From an uncultured Bacteroides sp. (lineage in GTDB: Bacteria > Bacteroidota > Bacteroidia > Bacteroidales > Muribaculaceae): a stretch of DNA of 64,000 nt. The notes beneath the pieces were generated by a model. The model did no database searches and was not told the DNA's origin. It saw nothing but the letters and a program-made list of their open reading frames with translations. Position numbers and translations under genes: made by a program. The DNA is taken from positions 1,660 through 65,659 of the forward strand of contig CAZAZA010000003.1 in the NCBI GenBank assembly GCA_964489495.1, given 5' to 3'. Shown in pieces: positions 48,418 to 57,708 of the stretch. Numbering within the stretch: position 1 is the stretch's first letter; the number at the start of each line of letters is the position of its first letter.

Positions 48418-50421
48418 ATGAAGAAGATATTCTCATATATGCTGGCATCGGTCCTTCCGGTGGCTGCATGTGCTGCGTCCCTTACCCCTGAAGAGGCTTT
48501 GCAGAGGGCTATGCCTATGGTGCGTAAGGCCGCTTCGAAAGAAAAAAGTTCTGCCACTCTTCTGTCCGTAACCGATATAGCCGGCACCGGTGTGCCGGCG
48601 GTATATGTTTTCGGGTATTCGGGAGATGAAGGCTACCTCGTGCTCAGTGCCGACGATGTGGCAGCCCCGGTGCTCGGATATGCCGACAGCGGGCGTTTTG
48701 ATGCCGACAATATGTCGCCGCAGATGCGCTACTGGCTCGACGAATATGCGCGTCAGATTGAATATGCGCGTGAGAACGGCCTCCGCTACACATCGGCTTC
48801 CCGTTCTGTCGGTGACCCTATAGAGCCCATGATTAAGACTAAATGGGGTCAGACAGCGCCATACAATAACACTTGTCCGCTGGATGGCGTTAAGAGATCG
48901 GTGACGGGGTGCGTCGCCACGGCCCTGGCCCAGGTCATGAACTACTGGCAGTATCCCGAGCGTGGCACCGGATGGGATGCCGCCAGGGTCAGGGATGTTC
49001 CTGTCGACTCCATCGATTTGGGAGAGATAGCATTCGACTGGGAGAATATGACCGACACATACACTCAGTCGAGCACCCCGGAGGAGCGTTCGGCAGTCGC
49101 CGAGCTGATGAGGGCGTGCGGCTATGCCATACACATGAATTACTCCAATGTTGAGTCAGGTTCGACCACGAATGATCTGATCAGCGGTCTGGCTTCGCAT
49201 TTCGGATATAACTCATCCATGACGGTGCTTCAGCGCAACCGCTACACTATCCCCGAATGGGAGCGTGTCATATACACAGAGCTTGAGGAAGGCCGTCCGG
49301 TGCTCTACTCCGGACGCACGCTGACGGGTGGCCACCAGTTTGTGTGCGACGGATATGACGGAGCCGGGTTCTTCCACATAAACTGGGGTTGGGACGGCAT
49401 GAGCGACGGATATTTCGCCTTGTCGGTTCTTGATCCGGGCTTGCAGGGAACCGGCGGCAGTATTTCAGGGTTCAAGTTCGACCAGGATATAGTGCAGGGC
49501 GTGCAGAAGACAACGGTCCCGCGTACATTGTCGTCGATGGCCCTGTCTAATTCAGGGGTCGAGGGAAGCATACAGCAGCCATGGGTGATAGCGTCGCTTG
49601 GCGAAGAGGCTTTTTTCTACAACTGCGGTGCTTTGCCTATAGCCAATTCATTTGCCGGCATGATGCTGACACCTGTCGGCGGTGACAGAAAGATCTGTTT
49701 CAGGAGCTGGCAGATAGGTTATGACGAATCGCCGCTGCTTGTCGGCTGGGGTTACGGAAGCAATTCGTTAGTGTTTGAGTTTCCGATGAATGAGCCTGAC
49801 GGACTGTATAAGGCGCAACTGGCATACATGTCTGGCGACACGGGCGAATGGTTTCCCGTTCCGGCCACGTTAGGGTATTCGTCCTATTTCTATGTCGAAA
49901 AAAAGGACGGAGTCCTGTCAGTGAGGAATGTCGGCTTCCAGTCGTTTGACCTTGAAGGAAATTACGAGGGCGAAATCTGCAAGGGCAAGCCGGTCAGCTT
50001 CAGCATAACCGCAACCAATCCTACCGACCGGGAGCTGACCCAGAGCATCTGTGCGTCGCTTTCCGACGATTCCGGAATACGTTACGCGGCCGAAGGACCG
50101 GTAGTCACTCTTGCGCCGGGCGAGGAGACAACGCTGGAATGGTCATCGACATTTATCCTCGAATACCAGAAGTCTGACATAACCGAGGACACGGAGTTTA
50201 CATTCTGCTTCTATAACCGCGACAACGGGGTGCCCTACGGTGACGGAGAGAAGGTGACAATGCATCTCAAGAGCGGCATCGGTCTGATGCCGGCAGACTC
50301 TGACAATACCCCGGTTGAATATTTCAACATGCAGGGAGTCAGAGTCGACGGTGAAAGCCTGCTCCCGGGCCTTTATGTATGGCGGCGGGGCGGCACGACT
50401 GGAAAAATCGAAATCAAATGA
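48418..50421 (+). CDS. C10-family (streptopain/SpeB-like) cysteine peptidase with N-terminal propeptide and T9SS C-terminal sorting domain
   Basis: 667 aa. Signal peptide. TKWGQTAPYNNTCP...GCVATALAQVMNYWQYP (catalytic Cys context) and ..GGHQFVCDGYD...HINWGWDG.. (His). C-terminus NTPVEYFNMQGVRVDGESLLPGLYVWRRGGTTGKIEIK. Confidence 0.85.
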   Translation: MKKIFSYMLASVLPVAACAASLTPEEALQRAMPMVRKAASKEKSSATLLSVTDIAGTGVPAVYVFGYSGDEGYLVLSADDVAAPVLGYADSGRFDADNMSPQMRYWLDEYARQIEYARENGLRYTSASRSVGDPIEPMIKTKWGQTAPYNNTCPLDGVKRSVTGCVATALAQVMNYWQYPERGTGWDAARVRDVPVDSIDLGEIAFDWENMTDTYTQSSTPEERSAVAELMRACGYAIHMNYSNVESGSTTNDLISGLASHFGYNSSMTVLQRNRYTIPEWERVIYTELEEGRPVLYSGRTLTGGHQFVCDGYDGAGFFHINWGWDGMSDGYFALSVLDPGLQGTGGSISGFKFDQDIVQGVQKTTVPRTLSSMALSNSGVEGSIQQPWVIASLGEEAFFYNCGALPIANSFAGMMLTPVGGDRKICFRSWQIGYDESPLLVGWGYGSNSLVFEFPMNEPDGLYKAQLAYMSGDTGEWFPVPATLGYSSYFYVEKKDGVLSVRNVGFQSFDLEGNYEGEICKGKPVSFSITATNPTDRELTQSICASLSDDSGIRYAAEGPVVTLAPGEETTLEWSSTFILEYQKSDITEDTEFTFCFYNRDNGVPYGDGEKVTMHLKSGIGLMPADSDNTPVEYFNMQGVRVDGESLLPGLYVWRRGGTTGKIEIK

Positions 50422-50428
50422 CGGTGTT

Positions 50429-51598
50429 TCAGCCGATGATGGCTGAAGCCAGCTTTTCAAGCGCGCCCGGTGTAGATGCATCGGGCGCTGACTTTATGGT
50501 GACGGCCGGTGACACGACGGTGCAGCCTGACAGTTCGCCTATCATGGCTTCCATGGTCCGGGCTGCGGAGGGCGACCACGAGCCGTTCTCGATAAGGCCG
50601 AAACGGCGTCCGCGAAGGGCTTTGATGCGCAGGTGGTAGAGGAAGTCGTGCATGGCCGGGAAAAGTCCCGCGTCGTAAGTAGGGGCAGCAGCCACTATGC
50701 GTCCCATGCGGAACGCCTGGCTTACGGCTTCCGACACATCCTGACGGCACAGGTCGACACACACCACGTTGGTTCCGCGTCCTTCAAGCATGGCGGCAAG
50801 GTCGCGTGCCACGGAGGCTGTATTCCCGTAAATCGAGGCATAGGCCACAAGCACTCCCTCCGGTTCCTCAGGCTCGTAGCGGCTCCAGAGGTCGTAGAGC
50901 TTCACCGAACGGGCTATGTCGTCCCCTTCGATCACAGGCCCGTGGAGCGGGCACAGACGGTCGATCTCCAGTCCGGAAGCTTTTGAAAGCAGTCGCTGCA
51001 CCTGGGGGCCGTATTTGCCCACGATGTTGGTGTAATAGCGTCTTGCCTCGCCGGGCCACAGGGAGGCATAGTCGTCCGACGTGCCGAATGTGCCGAATGC
51101 GTCGGCCGAAAACAGTGTGCGCGTGGACTTGTCGTAGGTCACGATCACCTCGGGCCAGTGTACCATTGGGGCTGCCAGGAATGTGAGCGTGTGCGCTCCC
51201 ACTTCGAGCGTCGACCCTTCGCCAGCCTCGATGACGCGCCCGCTGAAATCGGTCGTCGGGAAAAACTGTCCGAGCATCTTCAGGGCTATCGGGCTGGTTA
51301 CTATCTTTGCCTGAGGGTAGCGGGCCATGAAATCGGCCACCGTGGCCGAGTGGTCGGGCTCCATATGCTGCACCACGAGATAGTCGACACCCGACGGGGC
51401 GGCGATTGCCAGTTTCTCGAACCATTCCGCCCCACGGCGTTTGTCGACGGCATCGATTACGGCCGTGACGCCGTTATCGCTGACCAGATATGAGTTATAA
51501 GTGACACCGTCGGGAACAGGATACTGGTTCTCGAACAACTGCAGGTCGGTATCGGTGACTCCGATTGCCCTGATTGATGTCGTAATCTGCTTGAACAT
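50429..51598 (-). CDS. FprA-family flavodiiron protein (metallo-beta-lactamase-like plus flavodoxin domains)
   Basis: 389 aa. ..LVVQHMEPDHS.. di-iron motif and a C-terminal flavodoxin-like VAYASIYGNT... Confidence 0.85.
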   Translation of the reverse strand: MFKQITTSIRAIGVTDTDLQLFENQYPVPDGVTYNSYLVSDNGVTAVIDAVDKRRGAEWFEKLAIAAPSGVDYLVVQHMEPDHSATVADFMARYPQAKIVTSPIALKMLGQFFPTTDFSGRVIEAGEGSTLEVGAHTLTFLAAPMVHWPEVIVTYDKSTRTLFSADAFGTFGTSDDYASLWPGEARRYYTNIVGKYGPQVQRLLSKASGLEIDRLCPLHGPVIEGDDIARSVKLYDLWSRYEPEEPEGVLVAYASIYGNTASVARDLAAMLEGRGTNVVCVDLCRQDVSEAVSQAFRMGRIVAAAPTYDAGLFPAMHDFLYHLRIKALRGRRFGLIENGSWSPSAARTMEAMIGELSGCTVVSPAVTIKSAPDASTPGALEKLASAIIG

Positions 51599-51631
51599 AA
51601 TAAAAGATTGTGTTTTGATATTTGAACCATT

Positions 51632-52678
51632 TCAGGGGCGGCGTGGTTCGTGTCGAAGTGCATAATTGTCGCGAAGCGACTCAAAAGCGCCGGGCTCCGA
51701 TTTCAGGGCGGCGGTGTCGGCCATCGGGTCGTATGAGCTGAGGACCGAGGCCGGTGTGACCGTCGCGGGCCATCCGGGGGCGCTCCCGCATTCCAGCTCT
51801 ATTTGCGGAAGGCCGAACCGGCGCGCAACGGCGTCGACAGCCGCCTGCGACGCCCTCATTTTACCTTCGGCCGAATATCCGGCGATGTGCGGTGTGGCTA
51901 TCGTCGTGCGTTGCAGAAGTCCGCGGTCGATTTGCGGTTCCCCTTCCCAGCAGTCGATGGCGAGAGCGCCGATCAGGCCGCTGTCATAGGCGCGTACGAG
52001 TGCCCGGGTGTCGGTCACAGGGCCTCTCGCACTGTTGATGAGCAGCGGCTTGCGCTGCAGCGAGCACAGAAATGTCTCGTCAACCAGATGGTAGGTGGGG
52101 TAGGGGTCGGGTGTGCGTGTCAGCGGCGTGTGCACGGTTATCACGTCGGCTTCGGCTGCGATGCGGTCAAGCCCTGCAAAGCCGTCGGCACCTTCGCGGA
52201 CCGCCCTCGGCGGGTCGCATAGCAGTGTGCGCATGCCCAACGAGCGGCACCATGCGTCGACGATGCTTCCTACGTGGCCCGCGCCGACGATTCCCACGGT
52301 CAGTTTACCCAACACCTCCGGGTCGGCAGAGAATATGTTCATTATGGCCGCCGTGACATATTGTGCCACAGCCGGTGCGTTGCATCCCGGTGCGTTTGCC
52401 ACCTCTATTCCGTGCGATGCGCACCAGGGCAGGTCGATGTGGTCGGTGCCTATCGTGGCCGTGGCCACCATGCGGCAGCGCGACCCGGCGAGCAGCGACG
52501 CGTCGCAGCGCGTGCGTGTGCGCGTGATCAGTGCGTCGGCGTCTTTCACGGCATCGGCCGTTATATCCCGTGCCGGCAGATAGAGGGTTTCCACGCCCAG
52601 ACGTTCGAATGCCCCTTTGACAAAGGGCACTTTGCTCTCGATTACAATACGTTTCAAATCATAAGTTTCCATAGCCAT
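51632..52678 (-). CDS. pdxB: 4-phosphoerythronate dehydrogenase (D-2-hydroxyacid dehydrogenase family)
   Basis: 348 aa. N-terminus ..VPFVKGAFERLG.VETLYLPARDI....VKDADALITRTRTRC. and GIVGAGHVGS NAD motif. Confidence 0.8.
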   Translation of the reverse strand: MAMETYDLKRIVIESKVPFVKGAFERLGVETLYLPARDITADAVKDADALITRTRTRCDASLLAGSRCRMVATATIGTDHIDLPWCASHGIEVANAPGCNAPAVAQYVTAAIMNIFSADPEVLGKLTVGIVGAGHVGSIVDAWCRSLGMRTLLCDPPRAVREGADGFAGLDRIAAEADVITVHTPLTRTPDPYPTYHLVDETFLCSLQRKPLLINSARGPVTDTRALVRAYDSGLIGALAIDCWEGEPQIDRGLLQRTTIATPHIAGYSAEGKMRASQAAVDAVARRFGLPQIELECGSAPGWPATVTPASVLSSYDPMADTAALKSEPGAFESLRDNYALRHEPRRP

Positions 52679-53643
52679 ATGCCGCTATATGCCGCTATGA
52701 GCAGCAGAATCATTATGTAGCCGCGCCGCTGCAGGTTGATGCGGAAGAAATGTGCGGCCTGCAGGGCCACGCAGGCGTTGAGCAGAGGTATGTAGAATTC
52801 GATGTTGGTGAAGTCGACCACGGCCATTATTCCCGCCACCACCGATGTCACCGACAGCAGCCCGTGGTAGGCACGCATCCTCGCGTTGAAGCTGATTATC
52901 TTGATCAGGTTGGCCATGCCGCAGACAATGCCTGCGAGCAGTGTCACGCCCACGGGCAGATAGACCTGGAGCAGCCCGGTGGTATCCATTGCGGCAAAAG
53001 GGTTCGACAGTTCGGGCAAATGTAGCTGACTGAATGATGCGAATCCCATGCCGAATGCTATCCACCAGGGGGTTATGATGCCGAGTATGGCTGCTGTCAC
53101 GGTCCGGAGGGTGAAGATGCGCATCTGGGCGCACCCCGACAGCATGACACCTGTGAACACCACAAACCCGTATTGCACCATCGACCCCGCCGAAAGCAGG
53201 CAGAATGTCATGAACACGCGCTTGGTGAGACGCCGCCGGTGGTAGGTCGAGAACATCAGCCACAGGCACCACATCAGCGTCAGCGCCCCTAACTGGCCGC
53301 CGGTAAAGAGTCGCAGAGTCTCGGGCGAGGCGGCCTCCATGACGGCGAACAGTCCGCCGAACAGCCACGTCATGGTGCGCAGCAGGTTGTACCGCCTGTT
53401 GATAATGGTCATGACGCCGATCACGAGCAGGTTGAGTGAGAGCGCCCACCATCGCGAGCGGTCCGGATCGGCTATCCAGTGGCCGGGCGATTCGAACAGC
53501 AGTCCCCGGTCGATGCCGTCGGTGACGTTGCTCACCCCTTCGGGCATGTGTACGAACGCGCTGATCCCCGCCAGTATAACCAGGATGAGTATAAAGGCGT
53601 GGGATCGCAGCAGGCGTGTGATGGCTGTTTCGGCCGGGCGCAT
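52654..53643 (-). CDS. Hypothetical polytopic membrane protein
   Basis: 329 aa with about 9-10 hydrophobic segments. Tightly packed between purD (stop 53645) and pdxB (25-bp overlap). No recognisable motif. Confidence 0.55.
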   Translation of the reverse strand: MRPAETAITRLLRSHAFILILVILAGISAFVHMPEGVSNVTDGIDRGLLFESPGHWIADPDRSRWWALSLNLLVIGVMTIINRRYNLLRTMTWLFGGLFAVMEAASPETLRLFTGGQLGALTLMWCLWLMFSTYHRRRLTKRVFMTFCLLSAGSMVQYGFVVFTGVMLSGCAQMRIFTLRTVTAAILGIITPWWIAFGMGFASFSQLHLPELSNPFAAMDTTGLLQVYLPVGVTLLAGIVCGMANLIKIISFNARMRAYHGLLSVTSVVAGIMAVVDFTNIEFYIPLLNACVALQAAHFFRINLQRRGYIMILLLIAAYSGIWLWKLMI

Positions 53644-53644
53644 C

Positions 53645-54925
53645 TTACATCAGGTCTTTGCCTATGTCGCGCCGGTGGTATTCGCCTTCGAATTTGATGG
53701 TTGCCACGGCATCGTAGCTCAGCCGGAGTGCCTCTTCCATTGTGGAGGCCAGAGATGTGACCGCAAGCACGCGGCCTCCCGATGTGACGAGGCGTCCGTC
53801 CGCCTCGCGGCGCGTGCCGGCATGGAACACGATGGTGCGTCCGTCGCCGGCATAACGTCCGTCGCCTGAAATCTCATATCCTTTCTTGTAGGATTCGGGA
53901 TAGCCGCCCGAAACCATTATCACCGTAGCGGCGGTGTCGGGGCTTATTTCAAGCTTCAGGTCGCCGAGGTCGCCCGATGCGGCCGCATAGAGCAGTTCCA
54001 CGAGGTGGGAGGTGATGCGCGGCATCTCGGCCTCGGTCTCGGGGTCGCCCATGCGGGCGTTGTATTCGATCACCATCGGTTCGCCTCCGACGTTGATCAG
54101 TCCGAGGAAAATGAATCCACGGTAGCCGATCCCCTCCTCGCGCAGTCCGTCGATTGTCGGACGGATGATGCGTGTCTCGACGAGGTCCATGAAGCGCTTG
54201 TCGGCGAAAGGTACGGGGCTGATGGCTCCCATGCCGCCGGTGTTGAGGCCCTTGTCGCCTTCGCCGATGCGTTTGTAGTCTTTTGCCACCGGCAGTATGC
54301 GGTAGCCGCCGTTGCCGTCGGTGAGCACGAACACCGAGCACTCGATACCCGAGAGGAATTCCTCGATCACTACCTTCGACGACGAGCTCCCGAACATGCC
54401 GCCGAGCATTTCGCGCAGCGCTGCCTTGGCCTCGGCGGGGTCGTTGAGTATGATCACGCCCTTGCCGGCTGCAAGTCCGTCGGCTTTGAGCACGTAGGGG
54501 GCTTTGAGCGAGTCGATCATCGCTTCGCCCTCGGCGAGGGTGTCGGCGGTGAAGGTGCGGTAGGCGGCGGTAGGGATTCCGTGGCGCTGCATGAAGTGTT
54601 TTGCAAAATCCTTGCTCCCTTCGAGGGCGGCGCCCGCCTTGGTCGGGCCTACAACCCTGAGCTGCGGGCGGCTCTCGGCAAAAAAGTCGGTTATGCCGGC
54701 CACAAGCGGGTCTTCGTTGCCGACCACGAGCATGTCGATGTCTTTTTCATCAACAAATCGGCCCACGGCCTCGAAGTCGAGGGGCGAAAGAGCGATGTTT
54801 TCGCCGTATGCCCCGGTGCCTCCGTTGCCGGGGGCTATGTATAGTTTTTCGGTCAGCGGGCTTTGGCTGATTTTCCATGCGAGGGCGCATTCACGGCCGC
54901 CCGAGCCGAGCAGAAGTATCTTCAT
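53645..54925 (-). CDS. purD: Phosphoribosylamine--glycine ligase
   Basis: 426 aa. MKILLLGSGGRECALAWKISQSP N-terminus and ATP-grasp core. Confidence 0.95.
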   Translation of the reverse strand: MKILLLGSGGRECALAWKISQSPLTEKLYIAPGNGGTGAYGENIALSPLDFEAVGRFVDEKDIDMLVVGNEDPLVAGITDFFAESRPQLRVVGPTKAGAALEGSKDFAKHFMQRHGIPTAAYRTFTADTLAEGEAMIDSLKAPYVLKADGLAAGKGVIILNDPAEAKAALREMLGGMFGSSSSKVVIEEFLSGIECSVFVLTDGNGGYRILPVAKDYKRIGEGDKGLNTGGMGAISPVPFADKRFMDLVETRIIRPTIDGLREEGIGYRGFIFLGLINVGGEPMVIEYNARMGDPETEAEMPRITSHLVELLYAAASGDLGDLKLEISPDTAATVIMVSGGYPESYKKGYEISGDGRYAGDGRTIVFHAGTRREADGRLVTSGGRVLAVTSLASTMEEALRLSYDAVATIKFEGEYHRRDIGKDLM

Positions 54926-54949
54926 AAGGTTGTGTGGATTATTGTTTGG

Positions 54950-56569
54950 TTAGGAGTTGCTCTCGTCGTTTGCCGGTTTGTCGGGGCGTGTCTTCACCTT
55001 GCCTCGGCGTTCGCGCATGAACACTTCGCCCGACGGGGGGAGTGTGGGAGCCGAGGGCGTCCCGATGCGTTCGAGCAGGCGGGGATTGCGGCGCGGTTTG
55101 TCGGCGCGTGTGCGGTCGTTGTCACGGTCGTCCCACCGGTCACGGCCACCGTTGTCGTGGCGGTCACGCGAGTCCTTGCCTTTGAAATCGCGGTTTCTGA
55201 AATCTTTTCCCTTGAAGTCGCGGCGCGGTTTGTCGTGACGCAGGCGTTCGTCCGAATGGTCGTCCCAGTGACCGCGTCCCTTGCCTTTGGGACGGTCGCT
55301 GCGTCGTTCCTGTCGACGGTCGTGCTTGCACCGGATATTTGTTTCGCTGTCGTCATCTTCGTCGTCGCGGGTGCGCCGCAGCGTGCCTCCGGAGGCACGG
55401 AACTGCTTGTAGTCGCCTTCGAATATCACGTATTCGCGGAGCTGGCATTCCAGGTTGGCGTTGTAGAGGGTTTCTTTGTATGACGGGGCGAGGCCGATTT
55501 TGTCGAAATATTCCTCGCGGTAGCCGATTATCCATGCATGGTAGCCACGGAACACGTTCTTGAGCCGGTTGCCTATGAGCTCGTAGAATTTGTCCATGTC
55601 ATCCACGCTGATGCGTTCGCCGTAGGGCGGGTTGGTGACGATCACGCCGGGAGTGCCTCCCTCGGGGGCCTCTTCCCAGCGGGCTATCGGTCGCACCTGC
55701 AGGTCGACATAGCGTGCCATTCCCGCGCTTTTGAGGTTGCGGGTGGCAATGTCGATGGCCAGTGGAGATATGTCGGCTCCGTAGATTTTGCCTTCGAACG
55801 GGCGTTCGGAGCTTTCGTCGTTGTAGATTTCGTCGAACAGCTCGGCATCGAAGTCGGGCCATTTCTCAAACGCGAAGCTCTGGCGGAACACGCCGGGCAT
55901 CGTGCCTGTGGCGATAAGGGCGGCTTCGACAAGGAATGTGCCCGAGCCGCACATGGGGTCGACCAGGGGCTGGTCGCCGCGCCAGCCGCTTTTCAGCAGT
56001 ATGCCTGCGGCAAGCACTTCGTTGATCGGGGCCTCGGTCTGTGCCACGCGCCAGCCGCGTTTGTGCAGCGACTCGCCCGACGAGTCGAGCGACAGCGTCA
56101 CCTGGTTGCCCGATATGTGTACGTTGATTATCACGTCGGCATCCTGCAGGCGCACTTTGGGACGGCGACCCAGGCCTTCGCGGTCCTGGAACCAGTCCAC
56201 AATGCCGTCTTTGACACGGTATGTGACGTAGCGTGAGTGGGTGAAGTCTTCGGAATTGACCACCGAGTCGATCGCAAACGAGCTGTCGAGGTCGAGGTGC
56301 CGGCTCCAGTCATATTCCTTCACTCGGTCGTATAATGTGTCGGGGTCGGAGGCGTAGAACTTGTAAATGGGTTTAAGTATCCTTAACGCGGTGCGGCAGC
56401 ACATGTTAGCCCTGTAAAGGGTCTCGAGGGTGCCGTCGAACGACACCATTCGGCGTCCGGGTTCCACGTTCAGGGCTCCGATGCCGCGTAGTTCTTCGGC
56501 CAGGACGTCTTCGAGTCCTTGAAAGGTCTTTGCGACCATTTCAAACGTTTGAGGGTTCGTCTCCATCAT
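54950..56569 (-). CDS. THUMP-domain class I SAM-dependent RNA methyltransferase (RlmK/L-like) with a 142-aa Arg/Asp/Lys-rich C-terminal tail
   Basis: The ORF opens with TTG at 56590. ATG ATG at 56569/56566 is more likely. Motifs: ..MCGSGTFLVEA.., ..YGADISP.., ..IVTNPPYGERI... The tail starts at ..RRTRDDEDDD... Confidence 0.8.
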   Translation of the reverse strand: MMETNPQTFEMVAKTFQGLEDVLAEELRGIGALNVEPGRRMVSFDGTLETLYRANMCCRTALRILKPIYKFYASDPDTLYDRVKEYDWSRHLDLDSSFAIDSVVNSEDFTHSRYVTYRVKDGIVDWFQDREGLGRRPKVRLQDADVIINVHISGNQVTLSLDSSGESLHKRGWRVAQTEAPINEVLAAGILLKSGWRGDQPLVDPMCGSGTFLVEAALIATGTMPGVFRQSFAFEKWPDFDAELFDEIYNDESSERPFEGKIYGADISPLAIDIATRNLKSAGMARYVDLQVRPIARWEEAPEGGTPGVIVTNPPYGERISVDDMDKFYELIGNRLKNVFRGYHAWIIGYREEYFDKIGLAPSYKETLYNANLECQLREYVIFEGDYKQFRASGGTLRRTRDDEDDDSETNIRCKHDRRQERRSDRPKGKGRGHWDDHSDERLRHDKPRRDFKGKDFRNRDFKGKDSRDRHDNGGRDRWDDRDNDRTRADKPRRNPRLLERIGTPSAPTLPPSGEVFMRERRGKVKTRPDKPANDESNS

Positions 56570-56661
56570 GTGAAAAAAGCTTTGGTGCAAAATTACTCAC
56601 AAATCTCCAAACACAAAAAATCTCAGCCAATAATCTTTTTGAAGTTTCATCCGTTATTGTC

Positions 56662-56755
56662 CCCCACCACATTTTTTGTAGGGGCGTACGGTCGTGCGCC
56701 CGGCCCGAGCGGCATGCCGCAACCGGGGTGAATATGGTGTTAAATAATTGGGAAT
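56662..56755 (+). repeat. 94-nt repeat, left copy (contains a REP-like GTAG-hairpin at 56678-56701)
   Basis: 88 of 94 positions are identical to 58104-58197 in the same orientation. The first 40 nt are identical. Confidence 0.9.
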
Positions 56756-56759
56756 AATC

Positions 56760-57704
56760 TTATTTGCGCATCAACATTTCTGCAAATTCTTGGGCTTCAC
56801 GTTCTTTCTCAGGATCTTTGTTGCCGTAATTGACATTTTCAATGAAGATGTCTTTTTTACCATGAAGTAGGATGTGGCCTATCTCATGGTATAGCGTATT
56901 CCAGAATGCCGATTCGTCATCAAATACTTTGGCAAGTTGAATACATGGAATACCGGATATGTATCTGGCACAACCCTTGACAGGTGCCGTTGAAAGCGTT
57001 TCTGTGAAAATGAGCTTTACTCCGGCATCACCTAACATTGATTCCAATAGTTCAATGTGATTGTCAGCCTTGGATTTTCTAATTTCGGAAATCTCAGTTA
57101 GAATGCTACGAAGCAGCTTTGCATTATGCCGTTTCGCTATATGTATTTTTCCTGCTTGGATTTCGCCTTGACGTAGCCAGGCGGAAAGAGCATACGGGTC
57201 ACAGGCATTGGCAAGGGTTATGCTGAATGCTACACGAAGCCGTTGGTTGAGATAGAAGTCTTCCCAACCCTTAGGTGAACTGACAGCAAAGAATGTGCAA
57301 AGAATGTCGACAATGTTTTTTGTCTCTCCTTGTGTGTCGTTTATTCCAGCAAACCATCCGAGATTTGCTATTTCGTCGTATGGAAATTTTTTAGCCCAAA
57401 TTAGGCCTTCCTTGAACGTTTTTTCTCTCTTTTTGCGAGCTATAAATTCATCATAACTTTTCTGATGGCGAAGCCACATATGGGCCGGTATCTTCGTTAC
57501 TAATTCAAACGCGACAGCCATGTCCGGTGTTATGGAACTTTTGCCTTTTAAGACTGCAATAATTGTTTTTTCGGGTTTAGAAACCCGTGTGGCAAATTCT
57601 TTCACCCCCATTCCCATCTCTAAAAGTTTCTCTTCAAGAGTTTCGCCTGGATGATATATTACCGGTAACTTTGCCGGATTTAAAAATGGTCTTGTCTGTG
57701 CCAT
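56760..57704 (-). CDS. higA: HigA-like antitoxin: XRE-type HTH fused to an ImmA/IrrE (COG2856) zinc-metallopeptidase domain
   Basis: The ORF extends to 57749. The ATG at 57704 is 4 nt after the higB stop. HTH region GMGVKEFATRVSKPEKTIIAVLKGKSSITPDMAVAF. HExxH motif LYHEIGHILLH near the C-terminus. Confidence 0.7.
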   Translation of the reverse strand: MAQTRPFLNPAKLPVIYHPGETLEEKLLEMGMGVKEFATRVSKPEKTIIAVLKGKSSITPDMAVAFELVTKIPAHMWLRHQKSYDEFIARKKREKTFKEGLIWAKKFPYDEIANLGWFAGINDTQGETKNIVDILCTFFAVSSPKGWEDFYLNQRLRVAFSITLANACDPYALSAWLRQGEIQAGKIHIAKRHNAKLLRSILTEISEIRKSKADNHIELLESMLGDAGVKLIFTETLSTAPVKGCARYISGIPCIQLAKVFDDESAFWNTLYHEIGHILLHGKKDIFIENVNYGNKDPEKEREAQEFAEMLMRK

Positions 57705-57708
57705 ATCT

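Noticed and set aside
50421-50429. Convergent C10 peptidase and flavodiiron genes with stops only 7 bp apart and no terminator hairpin.
   Set aside because: Tight convergent packing is common. I could see nothing beyond the short spacer.
56530-56757. ORFs 56530..56757 and 58062..58427 share the peptide VPHHIFCRGVRSCA..ERHA.TGVNMV.N.WE and could be mistaken for a small conserved protein family.
   Set aside because: The similarity is confined to the 94-nt DNA repeat built from GC-rich hairpins. Outside the repeat the two ORFs are unrelated, and there is no start or promoter context. They are interpreted as a translated repeat element.
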